A stretch of DNA of 35,675 nucleotides, taken from contig NJBI01000037.1 in NCBI GenBank assembly GCA_005222975.1, positions 1-35,675 on the forward strand, in the 5' to 3' direction. Below, piece after piece: positions 18,779 to 28,222 of the stretch. The translations under genes and the position numbers were made by a program. Source of the stretch: Promethearchaeota archaeon Loki_b31. GTDB lineage: Archaea > Asgardarchaeota > Lokiarchaeia > Sigyniarchaeales > SOKP01. The notes under the pieces were generated by a model that searched no databases, was not told the origin of the DNA, and worked only from the letters and a program-made list of their open reading frames with translations. Position 1 is the first letter of the stretch. Every line of letters begins with the position of its first letter.

Positions 18779-20965
18779 ATGACATTAAAATTTGAAAATT
18801 TAAGTTATATACAAGTAAAAGATACTTTAAGCAGCAAAGAAGAGAAAATTTTAGTTATTGATTGTTCTGAGTGTTCAGGGGCACTAGAGACTCTATTTCA
18901 AAATGGAAAATGTATATTATGTGTTCTAAAAAATTTATATTTAAATAGAAAAAAAGTTTTTATAAATTTAACAACAAAAAGCCATGATCCATTAATCGAA
19001 CGCGATCAAATTTCATTATTTTTGAAATATTTTAAAAGAATAAGCTATATTAAAAAAATTTGGAGAAAAATTGAGAGTATAGGAAAAAAGAAATGTATGT
19101 ATCAAGAATTTAATTGTAAAATCACAGCTTTATCTGCTAAATTTCTCTCTTTTAGTAATGATCTTATCTTAAATCCACTTTATGTTTTCAATTTTATTTC
19201 TGGAAAAATTAATGAACTTAAAGATCACGAATTTTTTAATATAGAGTGTCAAAATTGCTCTAAAAAGGTATTAGTTTTACTGGAAGCTCTCTTAAATACC
19301 CTAAATGAACTGAAAATCATTCAAAGTTATAAAAGATTTCTTAAAAGTAATAACAATTCCAAAGATTTAAACAAATTTTACGAAGAATTCTTTTTCAAAA
19401 AATCGTTATTTTTTGAGGAAAAAAAAAGTTTTGACAAAGCTTTAATAGTTTCTACTGGTGATTTATTTGAAAAATATAAAACGGGAGATAATCAAATATT
19501 TCAAATTTCTATCTATAATATTGCTAATGAATATGAAAAAAAATATACTGTACAATATTCATTTGAATCCGTAGTTGATGAAAACTATTTTAAAAAGGTT
19601 GTACAAGATGTCAAAAACAATTTAAAACTCCTCGATATTAATAAAATCACTCCGTTAGAAAATTTAATAAATATATACAAAAAAGAAGCTTTAATTTATT
19701 TAGATTCAAAATATAAGTTTCCATTAATCGAAAGGGAGAGAATTGCGTACATCGCTGCCTTACGTAAATTAAACCTAGAAAAGATTTTTCCTCTATTAAT
19801 TGACGATTTTATTGAAGAAGTTTTTTTAGATTCTCCAAATGATAAGATATATATAAATCATCAGAAATTTGGACGTTGTAGAACAGATATTAAATTTGGA
19901 TTAAAGGAAATTGAACGATTAAAAACATTTTTAAGAATATATAGTGGAAAGAGACTTGACTATTCCAATCCAAGTATTAAAGTAGTAATAAAGAATAAAT
20001 ATTTTTATTGCAGGTTTGCGATCGATGTTGAACCAATTCAGTTAAATCATTTCGCGTTAGATATAAGAAAGTTAAATAAAAACATATTAACTGTTCAAGA
20101 TTTACTGAAAAACGGAACCCTTAATCCCGCAATAGCCGCATTTTTATATTTATCGCTTATAAGAAGAGTGAATATTACGGTTACTGGTGAAACTGATACT
20201 GGAAAAACAACATTAATAAATGCATTAGATTTATTAACACCAAAAGAATTTCGAAAAATATATGTAGAAAATGTAATTGAATCATTAAACCAATCAAAAT
20301 ACGAAAAACATCAACTAAAATATAAAGTTGATTCACTCCAAGTAGGATTAAACCATAAACTTTCAAAACAAAATCAAATTAGGAATTTATTACATCGTAC
20401 GCCTGATATTATTTATTTAGGAGAAATTCTAACTAAAGAGGAAGCGGAGGCAATGTTTCATTGTTTAGCCGCGGGGTTAAAGGGATTTCAAACGATTCAT
20501 TCTAACGACATTGCTTCTTTCATAAATAGAATAATTCATCATTTCAAAATTCATATTTCGTGTTTAAGAGATTTAGGTCTTTTAGTTTTCATGAAAAAAA
20601 ATCGAGAAAAAAGATTTGTTGATTCAATTTCGGAAATAAATAATAATATTGAAGATAATGAAGAAATTTATCAAACCCTTTTCAAATTCAATCCTCAAAA
20701 AAAAAACTGGGCGAACCTAATAAATTTATTTAATTCAAATATTATCTGTAAGCTAAGAAAATACGAAGATATTAGTAAAGAAAAATTTCAAGTATTATTT
20801 AATCTTTATAAAGACATGTTTAATACTCTTCAAAAAATTGATAAACTATCAATTAATAAATTAATTAAGTTTTTTGATCAAGTTTCTTTTCATTCTTCTG
20901 ATAATCTAGAGAATCTTTGTTTATTTTGGGAAAATTGGAAAAACTCATGTAGTTTAAATTTATAA
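18779..20965 (+). CDS. TadA/CpaF/VirB11-family pilus assembly ATPase with Cys-rich N-terminal extension
   Basis: IEEVFLD, LDIRK, Walker A GETDTGKT, Asp box ENVIE, Walker B PDIIYLGEI, His box TIH. Confidence 0.9.
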   Translation: MTLKFENLSYIQVKDTLSSKEEKILVIDCSECSGALETLFQNGKCILCVLKNLYLNRKKVFINLTTKSHDPLIERDQISLFLKYFKRISYIKKIWRKIESIGKKKCMYQEFNCKITALSAKFLSFSNDLILNPLYVFNFISGKINELKDHEFFNIECQNCSKKVLVLLEALLNTLNELKIIQSYKRFLKSNNNSKDLNKFYEEFFFKKSLFFEEKKSFDKALIVSTGDLFEKYKTGDNQIFQISIYNIANEYEKKYTVQYSFESVVDENYFKKVVQDVKNNLKLLDINKITPLENLINIYKKEALIYLDSKYKFPLIERERIAYIAALRKLNLEKIFPLLIDDFIEEVFLDSPNDKIYINHQKFGRCRTDIKFGLKEIERLKTFLRIYSGKRLDYSNPSIKVVIKNKYFYCRFAIDVEPIQLNHFALDIRKLNKNILTVQDLLKNGTLNPAIAAFLYLSLIRRVNITVTGETDTGKTTLINALDLLTPKEFRKIYVENVIESLNQSKYEKHQLKYKVDSLQVGLNHKLSKQNQIRNLLHRTPDIIYLGEILTKEEAEAMFHCLAAGLKGFQTIHSNDIASFINRIIHHFKIHISCLRDLGLLVFMKKNREKRFVDSISEINNNIEDNEEIYQTLFKFNPQKKNWANLINLFNSNIICKLRKYEDISKEKFQVLFNLYKDMFNTLQKIDKLSINKLIKFFDQVSFHSSDNLENLCLFWENWKNSCSLNL

Positions 20966-20981
20966 ATTATTAAAATCATAT

Positions 20982-21395
20982 ATGACAAATCTGTTAGAAA
21001 AGGCATTATTAACGGGTTTTGGAATTTTAGTTTTAACTATTTTTCTATCAATGATTAATCCATTTATTGTACAAATTTCTGAATTTAATGGAACGATAGA
21101 AAATGACATTATAGCCTATGAAAATTTCTTTAATGAGGTAGATATAGCTGTTAAATTCATCATTGAGAATCCAGATGCGATTTATTTAAGAGAAATTGAT
21201 TACCCTAAAAATTTGAATGTTACATTTAATGATTTTTATGTTAAATACGATTTTTTAATTGAAAATAAATTAAATTATAAAATTTATGAATATAATAAAC
21301 CTTTCATCAATATTTTTTACAGAAATTTATCTACAACGACTTTTATATTAAATGTTTCATGTTTTCAAAATTTTATTGCTGTATATTTTAATTAA
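20982..21395 (+). CDS. pilin-like protein lacking a prepilin leader
   Basis: N-terminus MTNLLEKALLTGFGILVL parallels the mature Flp pilin GNLLEYALLIGLAIFIF; sits between the ATPase and the platform gene. Confidence 0.65.
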   Translation: MTNLLEKALLTGFGILVLTIFLSMINPFIVQISEFNGTIENDIIAYENFFNEVDIAVKFIIENPDAIYLREIDYPKNLNVTFNDFYVKYDFLIENKLNYKIYEYNKPFINIFYRNLSTTTFILNVSCFQNFIAVYFN

Positions 21396-21404
21396 TTTTA
21401 AAAC

Positions 21405-22943
21405 ATGACTGATTCTATGGTAATAAACGATATATTAATCAGTTTCTGTCAGAAAATTCATCCTTATAACATCCCTTGTATAAAGTTCAAGGAATTGGAT
21501 TTTAGGTATAAATTAATATACAAAAAAGAATATAAAATTGACGAAAATGATATTAATAAAGCTAGTTTTATAATATTTCTAATATCTTTTATAGTCCTCT
21601 TTATTACTTCAATATTTATCACAAATTTTAGTCTAATAATGGTAACAATTTATTCTTTTATCTTAGCATTAATTTTTTCTTATACTTTTAATATTAGGTT
21701 TTATAAAGAGATTAAAAAGAAAGAGAAGCAAATAAATGCCTTATTGTATCTTGTTAAGATTTATTTTTCCTTAATTCAGAAATCATTAGGAGAAAACGCA
21801 GATTATTCCATCAATTTTATTAAGTTAATCAAAGAGTATAAACTTCCAATATCAAAAGATTTTGGAGAAATATTAAGTAAAATTCAACTGGGTCAAAATC
21901 CAGAAGCCTTGTTGTCTGAGATTATTACACCCTCAGAAGACTTTAATTCGTATTTAAAGGGCTTACTCTTATCAAATTTCAGTCATGATAACATTAGGAA
22001 TGGTTTTAGTGAAAATTCATTAGAAAAACAATTTAGAACATATCTGAGAGAAATTGAATCTAAATTAACTGTTCTATTCTTTATTGGCTTATTTTTCCCC
22101 TTAGGTTTATGTTTTTTAATCTTATTTCAAAGAATTAATTATTTTTTATTAATTTCTATTTTACCGCTCTTTTTCGTCTCTTTAAAATTTTTAAATAAAA
22201 AATTTTTAAAAAATGACTTTTTTTTGTTAGGATTAATAAACAATTACTCAAAGAAGGAGAAAACAAAATTTGATGAATTTATTTCTTTCCTTATTGGGTT
22301 TACTATGAATTTAAAGAGAAATATATCTCCTGAAATAGCATTTCTTAAATCATATTCCCAAAATAAACGACAATTTAAATTATTAGAAAAGCCGTTAAAA
22401 TCACAAATTTCCCAACTTTTAAACTTCTCTTGCTCATTTGACGAAATACTAGAAAATCTACATATTGAATTGAAATCGATACGATTTAAATTAATTTTGG
22501 ATGTTATAGGGAAGATTGTTGCTGAGAATGCTTATCTCTCTCATGAAAAGATAACAGATATCTTAAATGTAATATCAAATCACCAAAAACTCGAAAATCG
22601 GTTAGAAATAATAATACGGGGAGAAAGATTTAAAGTTTTATTGTTTTTATTTTTATTACCTATAATTATTGGAGGAATTGGAGGGTTAATTCCCTTATTT
22701 AATTTTGTGATTAGTAATGTTACTTTTAATCCTAGTTTCAACTTTGCTTCTTTATTCGATTTAATATTTACTTATGATTTTATTATTATATTTTTCTCCC
22801 TCTTATATTGTGTTTATGTATCCTCCTATTATTTTTTGAAAATAATAAACTATGAAAGAAGGAAAATCTTATTGGTTGTTTCTAATACATTATATGGGTT
22901 AGCATTTTTCTTCTCATGTATAAACATATTAAATTACATTTAA
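21405..22943 (+). CDS. TadB/TadC (T2SS-F/ArlJ-like) membrane platform protein
   Basis: Multiple TM segments separating two helical soluble domains (ISKDFGEILSKIQLGQNPEALL; ISPEIAF); located downstream of the pilus ATPase. Confidence 0.78.
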   Translation: MTDSMVINDILISFCQKIHPYNIPCIKFKELDFRYKLIYKKEYKIDENDINKASFIIFLISFIVLFITSIFITNFSLIMVTIYSFILALIFSYTFNIRFYKEIKKKEKQINALLYLVKIYFSLIQKSLGENADYSINFIKLIKEYKLPISKDFGEILSKIQLGQNPEALLSEIITPSEDFNSYLKGLLLSNFSHDNIRNGFSENSLEKQFRTYLREIESKLTVLFFIGLFFPLGLCFLILFQRINYFLLISILPLFFVSLKFLNKKFLKNDFFLLGLINNYSKKEKTKFDEFISFLIGFTMNLKRNISPEIAFLKSYSQNKRQFKLLEKPLKSQISQLLNFSCSFDEILENLHIELKSIRFKLILDVIGKIVAENAYLSHEKITDILNVISNHQKLENRLEIIIRGERFKVLLFLFLLPIIIGGIGGLIPLFNFVISNVTFNPSFNFASLFDLIFTYDFIIIFFSLLYCVYVSSYYFLKIINYERRKILLVVSNTLYGLAFFFSCINILNYI

Positions 22944-22961
22944 GAAAGAGTTAAATATTTC

Positions 22962-23264
22962 CTAACTAAATAAAAAAACATAAATTAATTCTATAAACAA
23001 AAAAATTCCAATAAAAACAACAAGTAATTTAGAATAAGACACCACGGTTTTAAAGAAAATAGTTTCAAATCCTTCACTAAAAGCAAAAACCTCTATTTCA
23101 TTTAAAATTTGAAAAAATGGCATCAAAAAAATAAAAAACAAGACTATAGAAATAAAAATTGTAATAGGCTCAGCAGATATAACAGAAAACGCAAAAATAA
23201 AAATAAAAAATGCCAATAACGAATAGAATTCAAATAGAATTAAATTTAACTCTGACATGTACAT
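22962..23264 (-). CDS. small hydrophobic membrane protein
   Basis: 100 aa, about 3 TM segments; no family recognised. Confidence 0.6.
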   Translation of the reverse strand: MYMSELNLILFEFYSLLAFFIFIFAFSVISAEPITIFISIVLFFIFLMPFFQILNEIEVFAFSEGFETIFFKTVVSYSKLLVVFIGIFLFIELIYVFLFS

Positions 23265-23456
23265 TATTTATTAAAGAAAAAACTATTTAAATTTCTAAGA
23301 TTATAAAAAGTATTATAAATAAAAATAGAGAATTAGGAAGAATTTTATAATATATTATAATGTTAATAATTATTTTGAAATTATATTTTTATTAAAAAGA
23401 TTGCTATAAAATTACGAATTATTATAGAATTATATGAAAATGGGTAGATTAAAATT

Positions 23457-23945
23457 ATGAGAAATTTAAAATTGAAGGGATTAAAGTATAGTAATGGGAA
23501 ATACGACCTATTTAATGAACGGTTTGTATTTTTCCCTCCACAAATCATTAACATTTTATCATCAATTTATGGGGAAGGTGTAAAATCTTTATTAGTGTGG
23601 TTGGGTAAAAAGGTTGGTTGGGCATTAATTCAAAAGTGGGATGAAAATTTAAAATCTAAAACATTAAATGATCTAGTCAATCAATTTAGTAGTATACTAA
23701 GCAATCATGGTTGGGGTCGTTTTACACCCAAAAAAATTTCTGATAATTTAATTGTAATTGAGCTACATCATAACATTTCTAATGATTTAGATAGCAAATC
23801 AAAATATATCTGTTATTATATAACAGGATTATTAGCTGGCTTTGGCGAATATGCTCTATACAGAGTAAATGTTATAGAAAATAATTGTTGTATAGAAAAT
23901 CCTAGTTTTGGCTCATGTGAATTTAGAATTGAGAAAAGTATTTAA
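23457..23945 (+). CDS. V4R-domain protein
   Basis: ERFVFFP, LGKKVG, HGWG, CYYITGLLAG, ENNCC...CEFRI. Confidence 0.88.
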   Translation: MRNLKLKGLKYSNGKYDLFNERFVFFPPQIINILSSIYGEGVKSLLVWLGKKVGWALIQKWDENLKSKTLNDLVNQFSSILSNHGWGRFTPKKISDNLIVIELHHNISNDLDSKSKYICYYITGLLAGFGEYALYRVNVIENNCCIENPSFGSCEFRIEKSI

Positions 23946-23954
23946 AGACATAAT

Positions 23955-24341
23955 TTACCAAGGGTCCCATTCTTCAGGGTTAAGTTCTTCACTTTCATTA
24001 TTTCCAATATTTTCCTCAGTTGGTTTAGCGGGCAATTTAAGATAATCATTATTTTCCTCAACTACTTGTTTTTGGGGTTCAATCTCGCTCGAAATTAAAC
24101 TTTCTGTTAGAATTATTTGATCTTCGCCAATTACAACATCTTTAAAAGCAGTGATTAAGGATAGAAAATTAAAAAATTCTTCTTTAGCCATTTCTACGAT
24201 TATTGACTCGTTATTTTTTAATAAAGTAAGTTTAATTGTCCGAACTTCACCACTAATTTCTACTGAAGTTAATTCTATACTTTCATTTTTATTTTTTAGC
24301 TGAATTTTCCACGACGTTTCTCTAGTTTTTTCAATTTCCAT
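23955..24341 (-). CDS. hypothetical protein with acidic tail ending EEWDPW
   Basis: Apparent four-strand plus helix N-domain followed by a disordered acidic C-terminus. Confidence 0.7.
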   Translation of the reverse strand: MEIEKTRETSWKIQLKNKNESIELTSVEISGEVRTIKLTLLKNNESIIVEMAKEEFFNFLSLITAFKDVVIGEDQIILTESLISSEIEPQKQVVEENNDYLKLPAKPTEENIGNNESEELNPEEWDPW

Positions 24342-24475
24342 TCTTTAAATTACACTCTTAATATAATTAAAATTCAATAATTTAATAAAAATTAACTAAT
24401 TTAAAATTTTCTTTATAATTTTTTTCCTTTTTAACTAATAATACTAAAAAAGGGAACTCACTTTTTTCAAATTAT

Positions 24476-25138
24476 TCAACAAAGATAATTGAATATTAAA
24501 AAATTATATGAAAAAAAAATAAGGATAACGATTGGAGGTCTATATTGGGTTAAAAATTGAAATTTTTCTGTTTTATTATTATAAAATAGAATTAATGATT
24601 TTAGGAGATATTTTTCGCCAGTGGATTTATTGAGTTGTGAAAAATCTATAAATTTATAAAATATTTCAATAAATATTTTTTGTATTTTTGAGAAATTTTC
24701 ATTTTCAATAAAAAGCATCTCAAATACATTCATATTTGTTAAATTGTGTGTAATTAAATAACTAATTATTCCCATTATTAAATATAATAATAATAAAAAG
24801 GAAAAAAATTGAAGTATCCATTGAAAATTTAAATAATATATTGGATTAAAAAGAAACAGCATTGTTAATAACTTACCATCACTCCCCCCTATTATCTTTA
24901 AACAAAATAATATAAATGATAAAAAAAACGCTAAAAAAAGAAACCATATCTTAACTATCATAAAAATTATTATGTTATTATAAAAATGCAAAAATTCAAT
25001 AAAAATTAAGAAGCTACCTATTAAAAAAAACCCCGATAGAACTTTATTGGGTATGATTCTAAACCTGATATCTCGATACAAGCAATAAAATAAAACTATA
25101 TTTGAATAGAAAAAAAAAAAACACACATTTAAAATCAT
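24476..25138 (-). CDS. A24 prepilin peptidase (TadV/FlaK-like)
   Basis: Both catalytic Asp motifs present: YRDIRFRIIPN and IIGGSDGK; multiple TMs. Confidence 0.88.
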   Translation of the reverse strand: MILNVCFFFFYSNIVLFYCLYRDIRFRIIPNKVLSGFFLIGSFLIFIEFLHFYNNIIIFMIVKIWFLFLAFFLSFILFCLKIIGGSDGKLLTMLFLFNPIYYLNFQWILQFFSFLLLLYLIMGIISYLITHNLTNMNVFEMLFIENENFSKIQKIFIEIFYKFIDFSQLNKSTGEKYLLKSLILFYNNKTEKFQFLTQYRPPIVILIFFSYNFLIFNYLC

Positions 25139-25142
25139 TTGT

Positions 25143-25427
25143 TCATAATTCTCCTTCCCAAATTTCTATAAATTTCTTTAAACTCTTAGCGCGAATGTTT
25201 TCAGTTTTATATCGATATATTTTAATCCGTCCAAATACTTTTTCTTGAATTAGATTTAAGGATTTTAAATGATTTAGATGAGATTTAACGCTTGTGTGAT
25301 TCAGTCTTGATTTTTTTATAATTTGAGATATTGATAATTCATGGTTTATAGCAAGTATTTTTAATATTTTTATTCTCGCTTTTGAACCCAATAAATTCTC
25401 TATGTTAAAATTTTCTTTAACTATCAA
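25143..25427 (-). CDS. ArsR-like winged-helix protein
   Basis: LLGSKARIKILKIL...LSISQI...SHLNHL...FGRIKIYRY; start overlaps cdc6 stop (TTGA). Confidence 0.85.
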   Translation of the reverse strand: MIVKENFNIENLLGSKARIKILKILAINHELSISQIIKKSRLNHTSVKSHLNHLKSLNLIQEKVFGRIKIYRYKTENIRAKSLKKFIEIWEGEL

Positions 25428-26638
25428 ATCTTAATTCCCTTAGATTGTAAAATGTTTATGATTATTTCTTCAAATTTTGAAAGTGAAATCTCTTGAACTG
25501 CAACTAAACCCCTTCGACCCTTTATAGCCTCACTTTTGATTTCCACAGTAATTAAATTCTCTCTTTTAAAATCTTGAAGATAATTCCATAATTGTGAATA
25601 CGACCGCGGTTGAATTCCTAAATTTTCGCATAAAATCAAATATGAATTTGTAATTACTAATGAAGAAATTTGAATCTTTCCACTTTTCTTTAAAGCTTTT
25701 ATAATTGCTAATAAGAAAATTACTTTCTGTAATGTCATATATTTTAAAACATCTAGAGTAGAAAATGGAACTATATCTTGATTTCCAAGACGTACGCATT
25801 CCATAGTGATATATTTTAAATCCTGACTTTCAGCAATTTTACTTGATTTCCATAAAAGATTTAACCCATATCTAATATCTCCACTTTGATAAACCAAATC
25901 TGAAATAGTTTTGATTAATTTGTTAGAAATTGCATTTTCTTTTAAACTTATCTCTGCTCTGTACTTCAAAATGTCATACAATTCCTCTTTTGTGTAATAT
26001 TTAAATTTGATTATGTTCCTTTGAAGCGTACTCATAGTACTAACATCTAAGTTATTTAAACACGAGATGTCTCTCGCTATTCCTATAATAGAAATGCGTT
26101 GTAGAGCGTTAAGAGAATCATCGTTAATCCTCGTAAGAGAATATATCAAGTCTCCACCTTTATTTATTAAATAACCTAATTCATCCAATATAATTAAAAG
26201 TTGTAAATTTTGGTTATTAACGGAGTCTACAATAATATCTAATAAATCTTGGGGCGAATATCCTCTTTTTGGAAAATTTTTATTAAGTGCACGAACGATT
26301 TTGATTAGAACTTTGTAACTAGTTCTTTCTTTCCTACAATTTATATGTACATATTTGATTAATATTGATCTTTTTTCTGCAGCATTTATTATCATCTCTC
26401 CAAACAATTTAATTGTTGCTGTTTTCCCTATTCCCGTTTTTCCTATAATTAATATTTTACGCGATAAAGAATTTGGATTTGTTATTAACACTAAAAAAAG
26501 TTGAGATAATAGCGCCAATTCCTTTTCTCGATGTAGTAACTTCTTTGGAACGAAATTATTTTCAAGTTTACTCTCGTTTTTGAATAATGAAGGTTTTTTT
26601 AATAAATCTTCAAAGTAATCTATTGTTATAAAGAACAC
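25424..26638 (-). CDS. cdc6: Cdc6/Orc1 replication initiator
   Basis: LLHRE, Walker A GKTGIGKT, HINC, Walker B IILDE, GDIR, C-terminal winged helix with GRR wing. Confidence 0.95.
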   Translation of the reverse strand: MFFITIDYFEDLLKKPSLFKNESKLENNFVPKKLLHREKELALLSQLFLVLITNPNSLSRKILIIGKTGIGKTATIKLFGEMIINAAEKRSILIKYVHINCRKERTSYKVLIKIVRALNKNFPKRGYSPQDLLDIIVDSVNNQNLQLLIILDELGYLINKGGDLIYSLTRINDDSLNALQRISIIGIARDISCLNNLDVSTMSTLQRNIIKFKYYTKEELYDILKYRAEISLKENAISNKLIKTISDLVYQSGDIRYGLNLLWKSSKIAESQDLKYITMECVRLGNQDIVPFSTLDVLKYMTLQKVIFLLAIIKALKKSGKIQISSLVITNSYLILCENLGIQPRSYSQLWNYLQDFKRENLITVEIKSEAIKGRRGLVAVQEISLSKFEEIIINILQSKGIKI

Positions 26639-26899
26639 CCGATAAAATTATATTAAAAGTTAGAAAATTATTGTATATAATAAAATACAGAGTAGTAGTT
26701 TTTGATTATTAAAATAATAATTTAACATTTGATCAAACAATTTTCTCTTTGGAAATACCAAACACATCTCGCAATATCAATACTCGCTCTCAAAATACTT
26801 TAAAAAAACGCGTAATAATTTTTTGTCGGACATTTCATGCCATCATTGTATCTATAGATTCTACAATTTAAATTAATATTAGCAAATCAAATAAATAAA

Positions 26900-28117
26900 T
26901 TAGAATTTAAATGTTAGATCTCTAATTAATTTGAATTTTGTTCTTTTTCTAATATTAACTTTCATACAAATAGAAGTAAAAAGGATAATTAAAATCGAAA
27001 AAAGAAAAATGTTTGTTGTAAAAAATAAATTGAAAACCCCTTGACTTAAAAAATTTTGAATTTTAAAATTCAAAGTTATTGTTTTATTTTCTAGATATTT
27101 GGTGCCGTTGAAGACGATATCAACATAAAACTTTTTTTCATTTTCTTTAAATCTAAAGTTATTTGGAGAGATTTCAATATCTACATATCCCGATTGGTTG
27201 GTTTTAAATTCATCTTCATATTCCAATGATAAATCATTATAAATAATTGTTTTTAAAATCTGGTTTTTAAGTGGTTTTATACTTTGGTTGAAAAAATAGA
27301 AGTAAAGCTTGATTGTTATTAAATGATCATTTTCTAAATTCTTATCGAATCTCAATATTTCTACGAAAATTGCTAGTTTTTCTACTAAAATTTCATAAGA
27401 AAATGTAGCATTCTTATAAATCATGTTATTTCTTATGTTAAATATTATTGTATTTTCTCCTAAATTTAAATGAGAAATAGTTGATATATTAAATGAAATT
27501 TCCCCACTCTCGTTTGTTGTAAAATTATTTTGATAGAGTATTTTCTTATTAGAAATTATTTCAAAAAGAAAAGTTTCGTTAACTAAATAAGAGTTGTTGT
27601 CTGTGCTATAAAATTTTGCCGTAAAAAAGTTATAATCTCCGTATTTTAGAACGCTTTTTAAACCGATTAATTGACACATCACATTTCTTTTTAACACATT
27701 TACGATTATAATTCCTCTAAAAGCATTTACAGACCCCCCCGCTCCGTTTTGATCTTTGTAAAAATGGTATAATTTAATAAATAATGTATTAGTATAATTC
27801 GAAAATGAAATATTTAAAAATTCAATATTAATTGTCCAATTCTTTTCTGAATAACCAATTTCATGGTGCTCTGAAGAATTCCAAAGAATATTATCAAAAA
27901 TATCAAAAACTTGAACTTGGAAATACGAGATTTCATGGCTAGGGTCATAAATTAATTCCCATGAAGCGTTAATATTAATATTTTCGTTATTATAATAAAT
28001 ATCTTTATCGCTTGTAAAAACAAAAACATCGAAGGAAAAACTTTTAGCGGACTTGGTAATTAGCATTATTGATAGAACGAGACACAGGAATAAAACTATT
28101 TTATTCTTTTTGTTCAC
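26900..28117 (-). CDS. secreted, C-terminally anchored beta-rich surface protein
   Basis: Signal peptide (MNKKNKIVLFLCLVLSIMLI), repeated TNESG/TNQSG beta-sandwich-like motifs, many N-x-S/T sequons, C-terminal TM plus basic tail. Confidence 0.75.
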   Translation of the reverse strand: MNKKNKIVLFLCLVLSIMLITKSAKSFSFDVFVFTSDKDIYYNNENININASWELIYDPSHEISYFQVQVFDIFDNILWNSSEHHEIGYSEKNWTINIEFLNISFSNYTNTLFIKLYHFYKDQNGAGGSVNAFRGIIIVNVLKRNVMCQLIGLKSVLKYGDYNFFTAKFYSTDNNSYLVNETFLFEIISNKKILYQNNFTTNESGEISFNISTISHLNLGENTIIFNIRNNMIYKNATFSYEILVEKLAIFVEILRFDKNLENDHLITIKLYFYFFNQSIKPLKNQILKTIIYNDLSLEYEDEFKTNQSGYVDIEISPNNFRFKENEKKFYVDIVFNGTKYLENKTITLNFKIQNFLSQGVFNLFFTTNIFLFSILIILFTSICMKVNIRKRTKFKLIRDLTFKF

Positions 28118-28222
28118 ATCAATTCTTTATATTAAATTATAAAAACTTAGATAATTTCAAAAAACATTTATTTTATCAAATATTTAAATTCAAAACTAAG
28201 AAATGTGTTTTGCTGAAACTAG

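Noticed and set aside
18779-22943. Archaellum operon
   Set aside because: No archaellin, ArlH or ArlF/G recognised; the pilin present is Flp-like.
26639-26899. Replication origin directly upstream of cdc6
   Set aside because: AT-rich, but only one weak half-match (TCTCTTTGGAAAT, ~26744-26756) and no repeated ORBs.
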